Below, piece by piece: positions 21,023 through 29,939 of a stretch of 64,000 nt of DNA (positions within the stretch are counted from its first letter, which is position 1; each line of letters opens with the position of its first letter). The DNA lies in the NCBI RefSeq assembly GCF_900129725.1, contig NZ_FQWQ01000003.1:404686-468685 (forward strand). Reading direction: 5' to 3'. The stretch comes from Chryseolinea serpens. Its GTDB lineage: Bacteria; Bacteroidota; Bacteroidia; Cytophagales; Cyclobacteriaceae. A program made the translations under genes and the position numbers. The notes below the pieces were generated by a model. It worked only from the letters and a program-made list of their open reading frames with translations, was not told the DNA's origin and searched no databases.

Positions 21023-21442
21023 ATCGGCTGTTATCTCATAAGCGTAGTAACGGAGGTAAAGCATCTTGATCAATTCTTAGCGTTGGAAGCGAGAAAGTTA
21101 TTTTACCTCCAGCTATGAAGCCATCGAACCAGCGATTGCTGGTTCGATTCGGATTTCCGAGGCCGAAGCCACGGCCGCCATTCTGGTAAAGGTGAAACCC
21201 GACCGGCCGGTCCGCGTTGAACCAGGAGCCAATAACTCCAAACTGACCGCGTCAAACCATTTGAGAATACGAATCGTATTCTCCTTTTCTTCGCCGGTAT
21301 CAAGGCATTTTGCGATCTGCCTGCCAGCGTATGTCCTGTTATGGAAATAGCTATGAATATCACTTCAAAAGAATACAGTGATGTTGGTTTGATGATAAGC
21401 CATATTTATCGGTTAGACAGCGGCGCGTCCCTATGATCAAGC

Positions 21443-24400
21443 TTATTTTTTTCGGACATAAATATTTTCATGGGGAATAGCGACGGTGAATTTAGTCCAT
21501 TCGCCTTTTTCAGAATCGACATAAATTTCTCCATAAAGTTTTTCAACCGTTTCCTTTACGATGTAAAGCCCGAGGCCCGATCCCTGCGATCGATCAGTGG
21601 CACGGAAAAACATTTCAAATACACGACTGAGGTAGTGTTTATCAATGCCGATGCCATTGTCTTGCACCTCAAGTTTCCAAATGGTTTTCCCATTTTCAAA
21701 TGTTACCCGCCCGATATTTGATTCTTTTCGATCATCACGGTATTTAATGGCATTGCCGATCAGATTGTTCAAAATGATTTTAAACCTTTTCCTATCGGTT
21801 CTAACGCTTGCATCCTTATTAAAATTGATGACAAAATTCATGGCGTCCATTCCTGGATAAAACTTTAAATCAGAGATGCTTTCCTGGATCAGATCATGCA
21901 CGTTCACTTCTTCATAGGTTACTTCTAAATTTGAATTTTGCGAGTATTGCATCATATTTAGGACTACATCCTCGAGCTTTTTGACGCTTCGTTCCATGTG
22001 ATCGATATAGACACCGATGTCCGGATTCTGATTTTGTCTTCGTGCCAGTTCAATCAGGCCTGTCACGGATTTCATGGGAGCGATAAGATCATGCGAGGCA
22101 CTGTACACAAAGGCATCCAGTTCTTTAATCGTTTTATTAAGTTGGTGAATGGTCTCATTTAACTTCTCCGTGCGCTGATCGACTACCTGTTCCAGGGATT
22201 GATTGATCATTTGCAGGCTTTGTTTTGCTTCACTTAACTGGATATTCTGCTCGGTAATCATTTGCTGCTGCGCGGCCATTTCATCGTTTTGTGCTATCAG
22301 CTCTTCATTTTGTGCCGCCAGATCGTGGTTTTGTTTTTTAATTTCCTGCCCCTGCTGACTTACCAACTGTTCCAATTCTTTCTTTCGTTGGCTGAGTTGG
22401 TAGGTGCGATAACGACTAAAGCTGTAGGCCCCTATGACAAAAAGAAGAAATGCAAGCCAGCGAATATAGGTGGTGCGCCACCAGGGTGTTTGAATGGTTA
22501 TGGTCAACGATTTCTCCGGACCCCATACCTTGCCATTAAAGGAGGCCCTCACCGTGAGGGTATACGATCCCGGATCAAGATTGGTAAAGGTGACGCTATG
22601 ATCTTTACCTGTTTTTTGCCAGTCATCATCGAAACCTGTAAGCTTATAGGCATAGATTATTTTGTCAGGTGATGAAAAGTTAAAAGCTGAAAAGTGAAAC
22701 GTAAGTAATCGTGAATCAGCGTGTGGCAAATCGAGTTGCTGCGTTTCGGTTATGCTTTGTTTTAATAGGTCACTCCCAGGTTTTATTTGCTTATTAAAAA
22801 TGCTAAAATCCGTAAATACGATTTCTAACGACCCACGATTGTCTGAGATGGCATGGGGTCTGAAAATATTAAAGCCATGTGTGCCCCCGAATAATAGACG
22901 ACCGTCTGATGTTTGCAATGCAGCGTTCCGGTTGAAGGTCGTGCCCTGGACTCCATAGTTGGCGTCAAATACTGTAAAAATGGTATCCGCTTCATTAAAA
23001 TGAACCAGACCTTTGTTGGTACTTAGCCATAAACTTCCAGGCTCTCCTTTTTCGACAGAGAGAACGACGTTATCGGGTAGCCCATCACGTTCATCCAGGA
23101 CGTGGAGGGAGCGGGTGAGGATGTTATATTGGCAAAGGCCGCTTCCATAGGTGCCGATCCATATTTTCCCATCATCCTCCAGTAGGGCTTTCACCCGCAG
23201 ATCGGGCGGTGGCCGTATCGGGCCATCTTGTCCTTTGATCTCGATGACTGAATCGGATGCGGGTAGGTAGGCCATAAGTAAACCATACGATCCAACCCAC
23301 AGCGTGTGGTCAGAAGAAATAAGAATTGTTTGTGCCTGAATGTTTTTGAAAAGCTTGTCAATATTTCCTTTCAAGGGGTGATCAATGTGATGGCAGATTC
23401 CTGTCTTGGGATTGAACCGGTTGACGCCACGGTTTGTCCCAAGCCACAGGTACCCCAATGAATCTTTCTCAATATCCCACACGGTATTGGCGGCAATCGA
23501 AGTGCGATCGCCCGGTTCATGTTTGAATTGCTTCCAGCCTCCATGACCATCCAGATAAATCAATCCATTTTGAAACGAACCTATCCATAAACCCAGTCCG
23601 TCACTTTGCAAAGCGGTTATCACATTCACATGGGCTAGTTTTTCAGGCAATGCATAACGATGAACAACGCCGTCCCTTAAGTAATGAAGCCCTCCTCCAT
23701 CTGTACCTATCCAAATTGTCCCATCGGTTGATTCTGTAAAAGCTGAGACGGCATTGTTGCGCAATGAAAGGTCATTAAAAAAGTCTTTCCTATACAACTG
23801 AAATTGAATAGGCTTATTTTCGTGATAGTTCACCCCTCCGTTGTAGGTGCCAAGCCACACATTTCCATTCGGTTCAATGAAGATAGAGCGAATCGTATTG
23901 TAACTTAAACTGCGATCATCAAATTCTGAGTGCAGATAACACCGTGAAATGTTGTTTCCGCGCATCAGCACATTTAATCCACCACCATCCGTGCCGACCC
24001 ATAAATTGTGTTCCTTGTCTAGGGCAAGGGACCAAATATCATTGTTATTGGTTCCACCATTTTCCCGGTTGTAAAAGGTTGTTTTTTTTGTAACGCGATC
24101 GAATCTTCCAAGCCCGTTACCCTCTGTTCCGAACCACAAATCATTCTGATCAATTAAAAGCGATCTTACAGGAGTCTTGTTATAGAATGAAGAGATTTGT
24201 TGGTTTTGTAAATTCAGAATTTTTAGGCCCTGAAGGGTGGCTATCAATAAACTATCACCTGCGATTTTAACATTCCATACCGTTTCGTTGTCGAGTTCTG
24301 GTTTTTTAAAATCAATTATTACTTGCCTGGATAAATCAAGGTACCTTAACCCTGCAACAGTACAAGCCAGCCACAAGCGGTTCCTTTTTTTATCGAGTGT

Positions 24401-24832
24401 GGCATTGGTGTAAACCGTGCCGGGAGGGTTGTTTGCTTTATATACCTTGAATCGTTCAAGCGAGCGATCAAAATAGCTAATACCAGACACCGTTCCGACC
24501 CACAAATTGCCGGTGGCTTCTTCTTCCTGAACGAAATGAACCACGTTATGACTGAGGGAACTGGAATCTGCAGGATCGTGACGAAACGTTCGAAACTCGG
24601 CAGCGTCGAAACGACTTAGTCCGTCTTCAGTGGCCATCCACACAAAACCACGTGTGTCGCGAAGGATACTATTTACAGAGGGTTGTGGCAAACCCTGGTC
24701 AGTAGAAATCCGCTTAAAGAATAACTGATCAGGAACGAGACTTTGAGATTGCGCATCACACGGCAAATGTGCCAATGCCGCCAAGAGTATCAGAACATGC
24801 TTTTTTTTACTTATTTTCACGTCTACAGGCAT
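21443..24832 (-). CDS. Sensor histidine kinase with a propeller/Y_Y_Y sensor, a paralog of 14049..17372. No receiver or HTH domain.
   Basis: The start at 24832 gives MPVDVKISKKKHVLILLAALAHLPCDA, a signal. It has propeller repeats, a Y_Y_Y region (YAYKLTGFDDDW), a TM (WLAFLLFVIGAYSF) and a long Q/E-rich coiled coil. The H-box is FVYSASHDLIAPMKSV and HATPase is present (DNGIGID, GSGLGLYIV). The 5' extension to 24922 is probably not translated. Confidence 0.8.
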   Translation of the reverse strand: MPVDVKISKKKHVLILLAALAHLPCDAQSQSLVPDQLFFKRISTDQGLPQPSVNSILRDTRGFVWMATEDGLSRFDAAEFRTFRHDPADSSSLSHNVVHFVQEEEATGNLWVGTVSGISYFDRSLERFKVYKANNPPGTVYTNATLDKKRNRLWLACTVAGLRYLDLSRQVIIDFKKPELDNETVWNVKIAGDSLLIATLQGLKILNLQNQQISSFYNKTPVRSLLIDQNDLWFGTEGNGLGRFDRVTKKTTFYNRENGGTNNNDIWSLALDKEHNLWVGTDGGGLNVLMRGNNISRCYLHSEFDDRSLSYNTIRSIFIEPNGNVWLGTYNGGVNYHENKPIQFQLYRKDFFNDLSLRNNAVSAFTESTDGTIWIGTDGGGLHYLRDGVVHRYALPEKLAHVNVITALQSDGLGLWIGSFQNGLIYLDGHGGWKQFKHEPGDRTSIAANTVWDIEKDSLGYLWLGTNRGVNRFNPKTGICHHIDHPLKGNIDKLFKNIQAQTILISSDHTLWVGSYGLLMAYLPASDSVIEIKGQDGPIRPPPDLRVKALLEDDGKIWIGTYGSGLCQYNILTRSLHVLDERDGLPDNVVLSVEKGEPGSLWLSTNKGLVHFNEADTIFTVFDANYGVQGTTFNRNAALQTSDGRLLFGGTHGFNIFRPHAISDNRGSLEIVFTDFSIFNKQIKPGSDLLKQSITETQQLDLPHADSRLLTFHFSAFNFSSPDKIIYAYKLTGFDDDWQKTGKDHSVTFTNLDPGSYTLTVRASFNGKVWGPEKSLTITIQTPWWRTTYIRWLAFLLFVIGAYSFSRYRTYQLSQRKKELEQLVSQQGQEIKKQNHDLAAQNEELIAQNDEMAAQQQMITEQNIQLSEAKQSLQMINQSLEQVVDQRTEKLNETIHQLNKTIKELDAFVYSASHDLIAPMKSVTGLIELARRQNQNPDIGVYIDHMERSVKKLEDVVLNMMQYSQNSNLEVTYEEVNVHDLIQESISDLKFYPGMDAMNFVINFNKDASVRTDRKRFKIILNNLIGNAIKYRDDRKESNIGRVTFENGKTIWKLEVQDNGIGIDKHYLSRVFEMFFRATDRSQGSGLGLYIVKETVEKLYGEIYVDSEKGEWTKFTVAIPHENIYVRKK

Positions 24833-25384
24833 TACATACAAGTTAAGGTTTTTTTTAAACCTGTTTCCATTCTGACTGAGGGGGTGTCGCCTGGAAAGCC
24901 TTTGATTTGGTGTTGACAACAAGTATGCCTTTTGCTAAACCTCAAATTCTCCTTATCATTTTCTAGCTATTTTTCAAATTCCACGTATTTCATTCTGAGC
25001 AATCAAGCTATGGGGTTTCGCTTTTTAAGGGCCTCTTGCCGATAGTTCATATTTTGAATTACGTTGGCAGGAAGTCAAAGAATAACTTCATCTCTACATT
25101 TGTCTTCACCGTGCGGCTACAAACAGAACAGAGGGGATCTATCTGATGCGCCGTGATTTTTCGACAAACCAGAATCCCACAAGAGGTCGATACTTTGCTA
25201 ATTCATGTATTGAAGGACTGGCGAACGAACGCAGGTATTAATAGTTTCGGCAGTGAATGGTGCGCACGATTTGAAAACGTGTTGTGTAGCACACACACTG
25301 GCCAATTCGAATGCATTCGAGGTTTTTAGGTGGCGAATCGCCGGTAAATATCCTATGCGTTGAAGATCTTCACGTCGGGGAAAG

Positions 25385-26338
25385 TCAGTATTTATTCACC
25401 AGGGAGATATCATCGATGTAAGCAGTTCCGGTGCTTCGGCCATCCATCAGCAGAAAAATAGAAACAACGGAGACGTCTCGCGGAAAGTAGTGTAGATCTA
25501 TGGTGTACTCTTTAAAGTCCTGGGTGCCGGTAATTTTTTTTGAATAAACATAAAAAACGTTGGTGTCTTGTGCGTCGAACCCTTGCAATTCGAAATCCAA
25601 TCCCGGGCCCGTGACATCTTTTGTCATCACCTTCACGGTAAGCGTGAGCGCTGAACCGATCGTGACATTACCTGGACTCAGATCGTATCGCCAGAAGGAA
25701 ATTCCGGATCCGGCAGCATTTGCCTGGATTGAAAGCGAATGCCCGGCCGAAACAAATGCCTCATGGCTGACAACGCCCGCGTGATCAATTAGTCCAGTAG
25801 TTCCAAATTTCCATGCATTGACCGCAGCGACAGAATCCTTCAAAATTTCCACACGGTTTGGTCTATCGACGTGAGCCCATTGGGGTTCGGGCGTGGTCAT
25901 GTCAAATAACTCGTCCAGATAGTAGGCTTTTTTATCCAATGTGCTTTCATTGTATAGGCCAAATGGATTCATATACATGATGCTTTGATGATCGCCGTTT
26001 GATAATTGTGTGTTGGAATGAACACGACCCAAAACGGCGTGCCCCAGTTCGTGAAACGTTAATAATTCCTTATCTATATCGGTCCTTGAATTCCAGCAAT
26101 CATCCGAATACTTGATCTGAACATGTTCGGGCCTGACCGTGCCATAACCACAATAATTCGGAGGGTCGGTTTCCGATACATATGCCATCGTAAGATTGCT
26201 GACATCAAGCGTAATTCCCCGTGCCCTGGCCTCGGCTACAAAACGATCAACATAAACAGACAAGTCAGGTTGAGGCGCATCATCTGAGGAACAGGCAACG
26301 ATAAAAAACAGAAATGGAGTTAGCTTATTTATACGCAT
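25385..26338 (-). CDS. Putative zinc-dependent metallopeptidase lipoprotein with a C-terminal beta-sandwich (CBM-like) domain
   Basis: It has a lipobox (FFIVACSSDD). The motif HELGHAVLGRVH is an HExxH-type with one extra residue before the third His. It is followed by a Met-turn-like SIMYM. The C-terminal about 150 aa is beta-rich and jelly-roll-like. It resembles the Bacteroidota substrate-import-associated zinc metallohydrolase lipoproteins. Confidence 0.55.
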   Translation of the reverse strand: MRINKLTPFLFFIVACSSDDAPQPDLSVYVDRFVAEARARGITLDVSNLTMAYVSETDPPNYCGYGTVRPEHVQIKYSDDCWNSRTDIDKELLTFHELGHAVLGRVHSNTQLSNGDHQSIMYMNPFGLYNESTLDKKAYYLDELFDMTTPEPQWAHVDRPNRVEILKDSVAAVNAWKFGTTGLIDHAGVVSHEAFVSAGHSLSIQANAAGSGISFWRYDLSPGNVTIGSALTLTVKVMTKDVTGPGLDFELQGFDAQDTNVFYVYSKKITGTQDFKEYTIDLHYFPRDVSVVSIFLLMDGRSTGTAYIDDISLVNKY

Positions 26339-27067
26339 CGCTCAACGGGTTCGGCATTTCAAAATGGCGTTCTTTCTTCGTCATGGGGCACGTCGCCTTA
26401 ACTCAACTGGCAGACTACTCCCGCGAATATCGCTCTGAGGGATACGGAATATACCTCGTGCTATGGTTGGGTCAGCTGGACCACACCAAAAATCCAAAAC
26501 CGGATCTTCAAGGGAGAATTCCAACTTAGCGGTGGAGATGTTAACCCTCCTGCGCGAAATTTTCGGGATAAAATTTCACCAATGATTAAAATCATTGTGG
26601 TGGACGTTTCGATACCCCATTCCCCAAGAAAGATACAGCGGAAACGCAAAATGAAGAAGCCTTGATCTTTGATTCATTGAAGCCTTAGCCATCGATCTAT
26701 GTCCAGCCTGGTCGCGATGATGTAAGTCCTAGAGCATTTTGGCTAAGCCGCGTTACGTAGCGCGCGATCCCGAATCGTATCCAGTTCGGCTCAATCTTTT
26801 TTTATACCATGCTGATTATCAGTCATTTAAAACATGTGAACAGACACACCGATTACTATCGGGGACGTGCGCCATCTACCAGCCGATAGCTACCGGGGAC
26901 CGTCACGTTAGTTATATTGACTCGTGAAAGCTTCCGTCATTTCTTGGAAAGTTGTCGCCTTTAGGCTGGGGAAACTACAGCTAAGGTTTTTTCATTTGAA
27001 ATGCGCTCCTTGGCAGTGGTAGAAAAATTTTTTCTCAGAACTGAGAGTAGTGGGGCAAATTCGATTT

Positions 27068-27097
27068 TCAATAAAAAAGCCTCACGGACTGTGAGGC
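27068..27097 (-). terminator. Intrinsic terminator hairpin downstream of tRNA-Leu (minus strand)
   Basis: The stem is gcctcac/gtgaggc (27079..27097) with loop ggact. On the minus strand it is followed by TTTTTTAT. Confidence 0.6.
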
Positions 27098-27121
27098 TTT
27101 AACCTGCTGATACTGAGGTAG

Positions 27122-27203
27122 TACCAAAGGTGGGAATCGAACCCACACACCTTTCGGTACACGATTTTGAGTCGTGCGCGTCTACCAATTCCGCCACTTT
27201 GGC
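27122..27203 (-). tRNA. tRNA-Leu (anticodon CAA)
   Basis: The minus-strand sequence is GCCAAAGTGGCGGAATTGGTAGACGCGCACGACTCAAAATCGTGTACCGAAAGGTGTGTGGGTTCGATTCCCACCTTTGGTA. The acceptor stem is 7 bp with G1-U72 and the D-loop is AATTGGTAGA. The anticodon stem-loop is CACGA-CTCAAAA-TCGTG, giving CAA. There is a 13-nt variable arm and a T-arm GTGGG-TTCGATT-CCCAC, with discriminator A. CCA is not encoded. Confidence 0.8.
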
Positions 27204-27388
27204 TTGCTCCATGGTTTCCAAATAACCCCGAAATCTGCTCAATTTCGCCGTTTTTGGACTTTATGGATCTGCTTTCGCAATTCAGCACGTCATGCTGAAG
27301 GCAAGCGAGGGGCAAATTTAGAAGAAACTTTTAAATATCTCGTGGTCCAGCCCAAATGCCGTTGAATTTTTGTCGGGTGAGTCGTGCG

Positions 27389-28138
27389 CTATCCGGCAGT
27401 GACACCGCCGTCGATGGCCAACGCAGCCCCGGTGATGAAGGTGGATTGGTCGCCCGCGAGGAATGTGATCAAGGGAGTAATATCTTCTGGCGTTGCTATT
27501 TTTCCCAACGGCATGGCGGCCGCGATTTTTTCATACATCCCCGGCGTTCTGTTCACACCCTGCAGCCATTGTTCAGTAGCCATCGCGCTAACCACAAGTG
27601 CGTTCACTCGGATTTGGTTGCGTGCTTGTTCCAGGGCAGCCGCTTTTGTCAGACCGATCACCCCGTGCTTGGCAGCAACATAGGCTGCTATTCCCTGGGC
27701 AACACCTTTCACCCCTGCCGTGCTGGCGGTGTTGATAATGCTCCCCCCGTTTTTTTTCATGGCCTGGATCTCATACTTCAAGGCATGGAATGTTCCGGTC
27801 AGATTGAGCATGACGGTGTTCATGAATTGTTCGCTGCTCATCCCTTCAAGCGGCCCGAAGGATAGATTGGCGCCGGCGTTGTTGAAAGCAACATCGAGTT
27901 GGCCATGCAAGCGGATCGTTTCGGATACCAGATGTTCAACTTGTTTTTCGTTGGTTACATCGGCCTGCACAAAAGTGGCCTCGCCACCCTTTGACCGGAT
28001 CTGCGATTCAATGCTGCTTCCTTCCGTTGTGCGCCTTCCACAGAAAACGACCTTGGCTTCTAAATCTGCAAATGCTTTGACGGCGGATGCGCCCAATCCG
28101 GAGGTGCCGCCGGTGATCAGTACTACTTTATTTTTCAT
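27389..28138 (-). CDS. SDR-family oxidoreductase (short-chain dehydrogenase/reductase)
   Basis: The N-terminus has the Rossmann motif VVLITGGTSGLG. NNAG and the catalytic YxxxK (YVAAKHGVIGLTK) are present. Length is 249 aa. Confidence 0.85.
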   Translation of the reverse strand: MKNKVVLITGGTSGLGASAVKAFADLEAKVVFCGRRTTEGSSIESQIRSKGGEATFVQADVTNEKQVEHLVSETIRLHGQLDVAFNNAGANLSFGPLEGMSSEQFMNTVMLNLTGTFHALKYEIQAMKKNGGSIINTASTAGVKGVAQGIAAYVAAKHGVIGLTKAAALEQARNQIRVNALVVSAMATEQWLQGVNRTPGMYEKIAAAMPLGKIATPEDITPLITFLAGDQSTFITGAALAIDGGVTAG

Positions 28139-28145
28139 GGTTGAA

Positions 28146-28907
28146 TTATTTTTCCTTCGAGTGAATCGATTCTGTTTTGCTTTTCGCCAGTGTGAATCCG
28201 GTGCTGATCATCCAGAGGTAGGCACCGAACCGGACCACGGGCAGCAGATAGCTGGCCTGCTCAATCACCAGGCTCAGCGTTGAAAGCTCGGCGATGCCGG
28301 CCAGGATCAACCCCAGCCAAGCCACCCACTTCGGTGCATATCCGCCCAAAAGACAGGGTACGGAAATTCCCGCCAAGAGCAGACCTACCGCCGCGATATG
28401 GGCTACGCCCCCGGTTGCAAATCCGAAAAGTTGCAGCGCGTGCATTAGCGGCAGATCGTTGGCTACTCCGGGTTGCGACAGCAACCAACTGCAAAGGCTC
28501 GAGAAGGTGATGAGCAAAGAGGCCGTGATGCCGCCGAACAGGGCAATATTCACACCGGTGGCCGTCACCCCCAGAATTCTAAGCCTGCTGGTCACGGCGG
28601 CGGTAAAGAGTCCAAGCGGTATGGCGGCGCCAAACTGGAAGAGCGCATTGAAACGGATAGCATTCGGGAACTGCTGGAAGATTTGTTGCGCCTGCTCCGG
28701 GGGTGCGAAGGGCCTTGGAAATCCTGACCCCTGCGATAAAATACCAAAGAGGATCAGGCTGACAATAAACAAGCAGACATAGATAATGGCGATGATGCCT
28801 GGGTGCGGCCCTCTATGCGTATCATAGGGAGACCGGGTGGGGTGGGTTGCTTCATACATAAAATATAGTTTTAGAATGACGAAATGATAGGTTTTTAAAA
28901 AGGGCAC
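28146..28907 (-). CDS. Hypothetical polytopic membrane protein
   Basis: It has about 6 predicted TM segments (IIAIIYVCLFIVSLILFGIL; AAIPLGLFTAAV; VNIALFGGITASLLITF; VAHIAAVGLLLAGISVPCLLG; LGLILAGIAELSTLSLVI). It is 7 bp upstream of the SDR. An alternative start is 28859. Confidence 0.5.
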   Translation of the reverse strand: MPFLKTYHFVILKLYFMYEATHPTRSPYDTHRGPHPGIIAIIYVCLFIVSLILFGILSQGSGFPRPFAPPEQAQQIFQQFPNAIRFNALFQFGAAIPLGLFTAAVTSRLRILGVTATGVNIALFGGITASLLITFSSLCSWLLSQPGVANDLPLMHALQLFGFATGGVAHIAAVGLLLAGISVPCLLGGYAPKWVAWLGLILAGIAELSTLSLVIEQASYLLPVVRFGAYLWMISTGFTLAKSKTESIHSKEK

Positions 28908-28954
28908 TTTTTAGGAAAGACGCAGCGTGCTGTATTTTATTTTACATATAAATG

Positions 28955-28973
28955 TAGTTTGTATTGCAAACTA
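28955..28973. promoter_or_regulatory. Palindromic putative operator tAGTTTG-tattg-CAAACta, copy 1
   Basis: It is a perfect 6-bp inverted repeat AGTTTG/CAAACT with a 5-nt spacer. It lies 48 nt upstream of the membrane-protein gene start (28907) and downstream of the small wHTH regulator gene. It shares the flanking AAATGTA with copy 2. Confidence 0.5.
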
Positions 28974-29021
28974 AAAAATCTATAAAAAAGCACCGAAGTG
29001 CTGGTGTAGAAATTTTATGCG

Positions 29022-29306
29022 TTATAAGTGCAGATACTTCTTAATGTCCTCTACATATTTCTCAAACGCTTTTTTTCCTTTGGAAGTCAGTTTGCAAATC
29101 GTGTGGGGATAGTTTCCTTTAAACGTTTTGGTTACTTCGATATAGGCCGCTTCGTGTAGCTTTTTGATTTGGTGGCTCAGGTTGCCCTGGGTCGTGTTGG
29201 TTATTTCCATGAGATATGCAAAATCCGCCTGTTTCGTTTTGATCAGTGCCGACACAATGGCCAGGCGCACGGGAGTATTTAAAACGGGGTCCAATTCATT
29301 GTACAT
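29022..29306 (-). CDS. Small winged-helix transcriptional regulator (HTH_34/MarR-like, 94 aa)
   Basis: The sequence LDPVLNTPVRLAIVSALIKTKQADFAYLMEITNTTQGNLSHQIKKLHEAAYIEVTKTFKG has a wHTH pattern. The size matches PadR/HTH_34-type single-domain regulators. Confidence 0.6.
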   Translation of the reverse strand: MYNELDPVLNTPVRLAIVSALIKTKQADFAYLMEITNTTQGNLSHQIKKLHEAAYIEVTKTFKGNYPHTICKLTSKGKKAFEKYVEDIKKYLHL

Positions 29307-29318
29307 GCAGGATGCCCG

Positions 29319-29891
29319 TTATACTTTAGAATGTTTCAATAAATATCCCGGTATCAGGTAGCCGGTAACCACGGCGATTCCCTGCAAAAGGGGTTTATAA
29401 ACGTCTGGGGTAAATACACTGGCCACAGCGAAAAGCAAAAATAAGACACCACCGACCACAAGCGGTCTGAAGCGCAGCACCAAACCGGAAACCATCGTGC
29501 CGATGCCGCCGATCAGCAGCGTATAGGTAAAGGGAGGCTGGGTGATGACCACATTCATGGCGACCACCGTGATAAAGCTGATGCCCAATACCAGCCACAT
29601 TTTTTTTAGATAGTATCCCATATAGGTTTCAGTCTGATGACTCCTGCGGGCATAATGCCGAACGGATAGAATGATTCCGGTCAGCACCAATACCGGGAAA
29701 GGAAGAAAGAACCATTGGAACGATGTGTAGGCCTGCAGTATAAAAAATGAAAGGCTGGCAATCGCGATCAGCCATCCCCACAATAGAAATAGAAAGCCAT
29801 GCGCTTTGACATTTTCCTTTGTTTTGGCGATCGCCTCGGTGATGATGTGCAGGCTCTGCACGGGGTCTAATTCGTTTTCTGCGGTTTCCAT
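29319..29891 (-). CDS. Hypothetical membrane protein (4-5 TM)
   Basis: The start is taken at 29891 (METAENELDPVQ...) because the longer ORF to 29954 would run through the palindromic site. TM segments include FLFLLWGWLIAIASLSFFIL, FLPFPVLVLTGIILSV, MWLVLGISFITVVAMNVVI and LLIGGIGTMVSGLVL. It is 12 bp upstream of the wHTH regulator gene. Confidence 0.5.
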   Translation of the reverse strand: METAENELDPVQSLHIITEAIAKTKENVKAHGFLFLLWGWLIAIASLSFFILQAYTSFQWFFLPFPVLVLTGIILSVRHYARRSHQTETYMGYYLKKMWLVLGISFITVVAMNVVITQPPFTYTLLIGGIGTMVSGLVLRFRPLVVGGVLFLLFAVASVFTPDVYKPLLQGIAVVTGYLIPGYLLKHSKV

Positions 29892-29920
29892 AGCGCTGCG
29901 TTTATAGACAAATGTAAATC

Positions 29921-29939
29921 TAGTTTGTGGTGCAAACCA
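29921..29939. promoter_or_regulatory. Palindromic putative operator tAGTTTG-tggtg-CAAACca, copy 2
   Basis: It has the same half-sites as copy 1 (AGTTTG/CAAACc). It sits 30 nt upstream of the 29891 start and is preceded by AAATGTA as in copy 1. Confidence 0.5.

Noticed and set aside
21126-21160. The GGTTCGATTCGG T-loop-like sequence, considered as a tRNA or tmRNA fragment
   Set aside because: No cloverleaf, acceptor stem or tmRNA-like tag reading frame could be built around it. It is kept only as part of the structured spacer finding.
26339-27067. Small ORFs (62-71 aa) in the gene-poor stretch next to tRNA-Leu
   Set aside because: They have no RBS or promoter context, no motifs and a composition unlike coding. 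The region is treated as non-coding.
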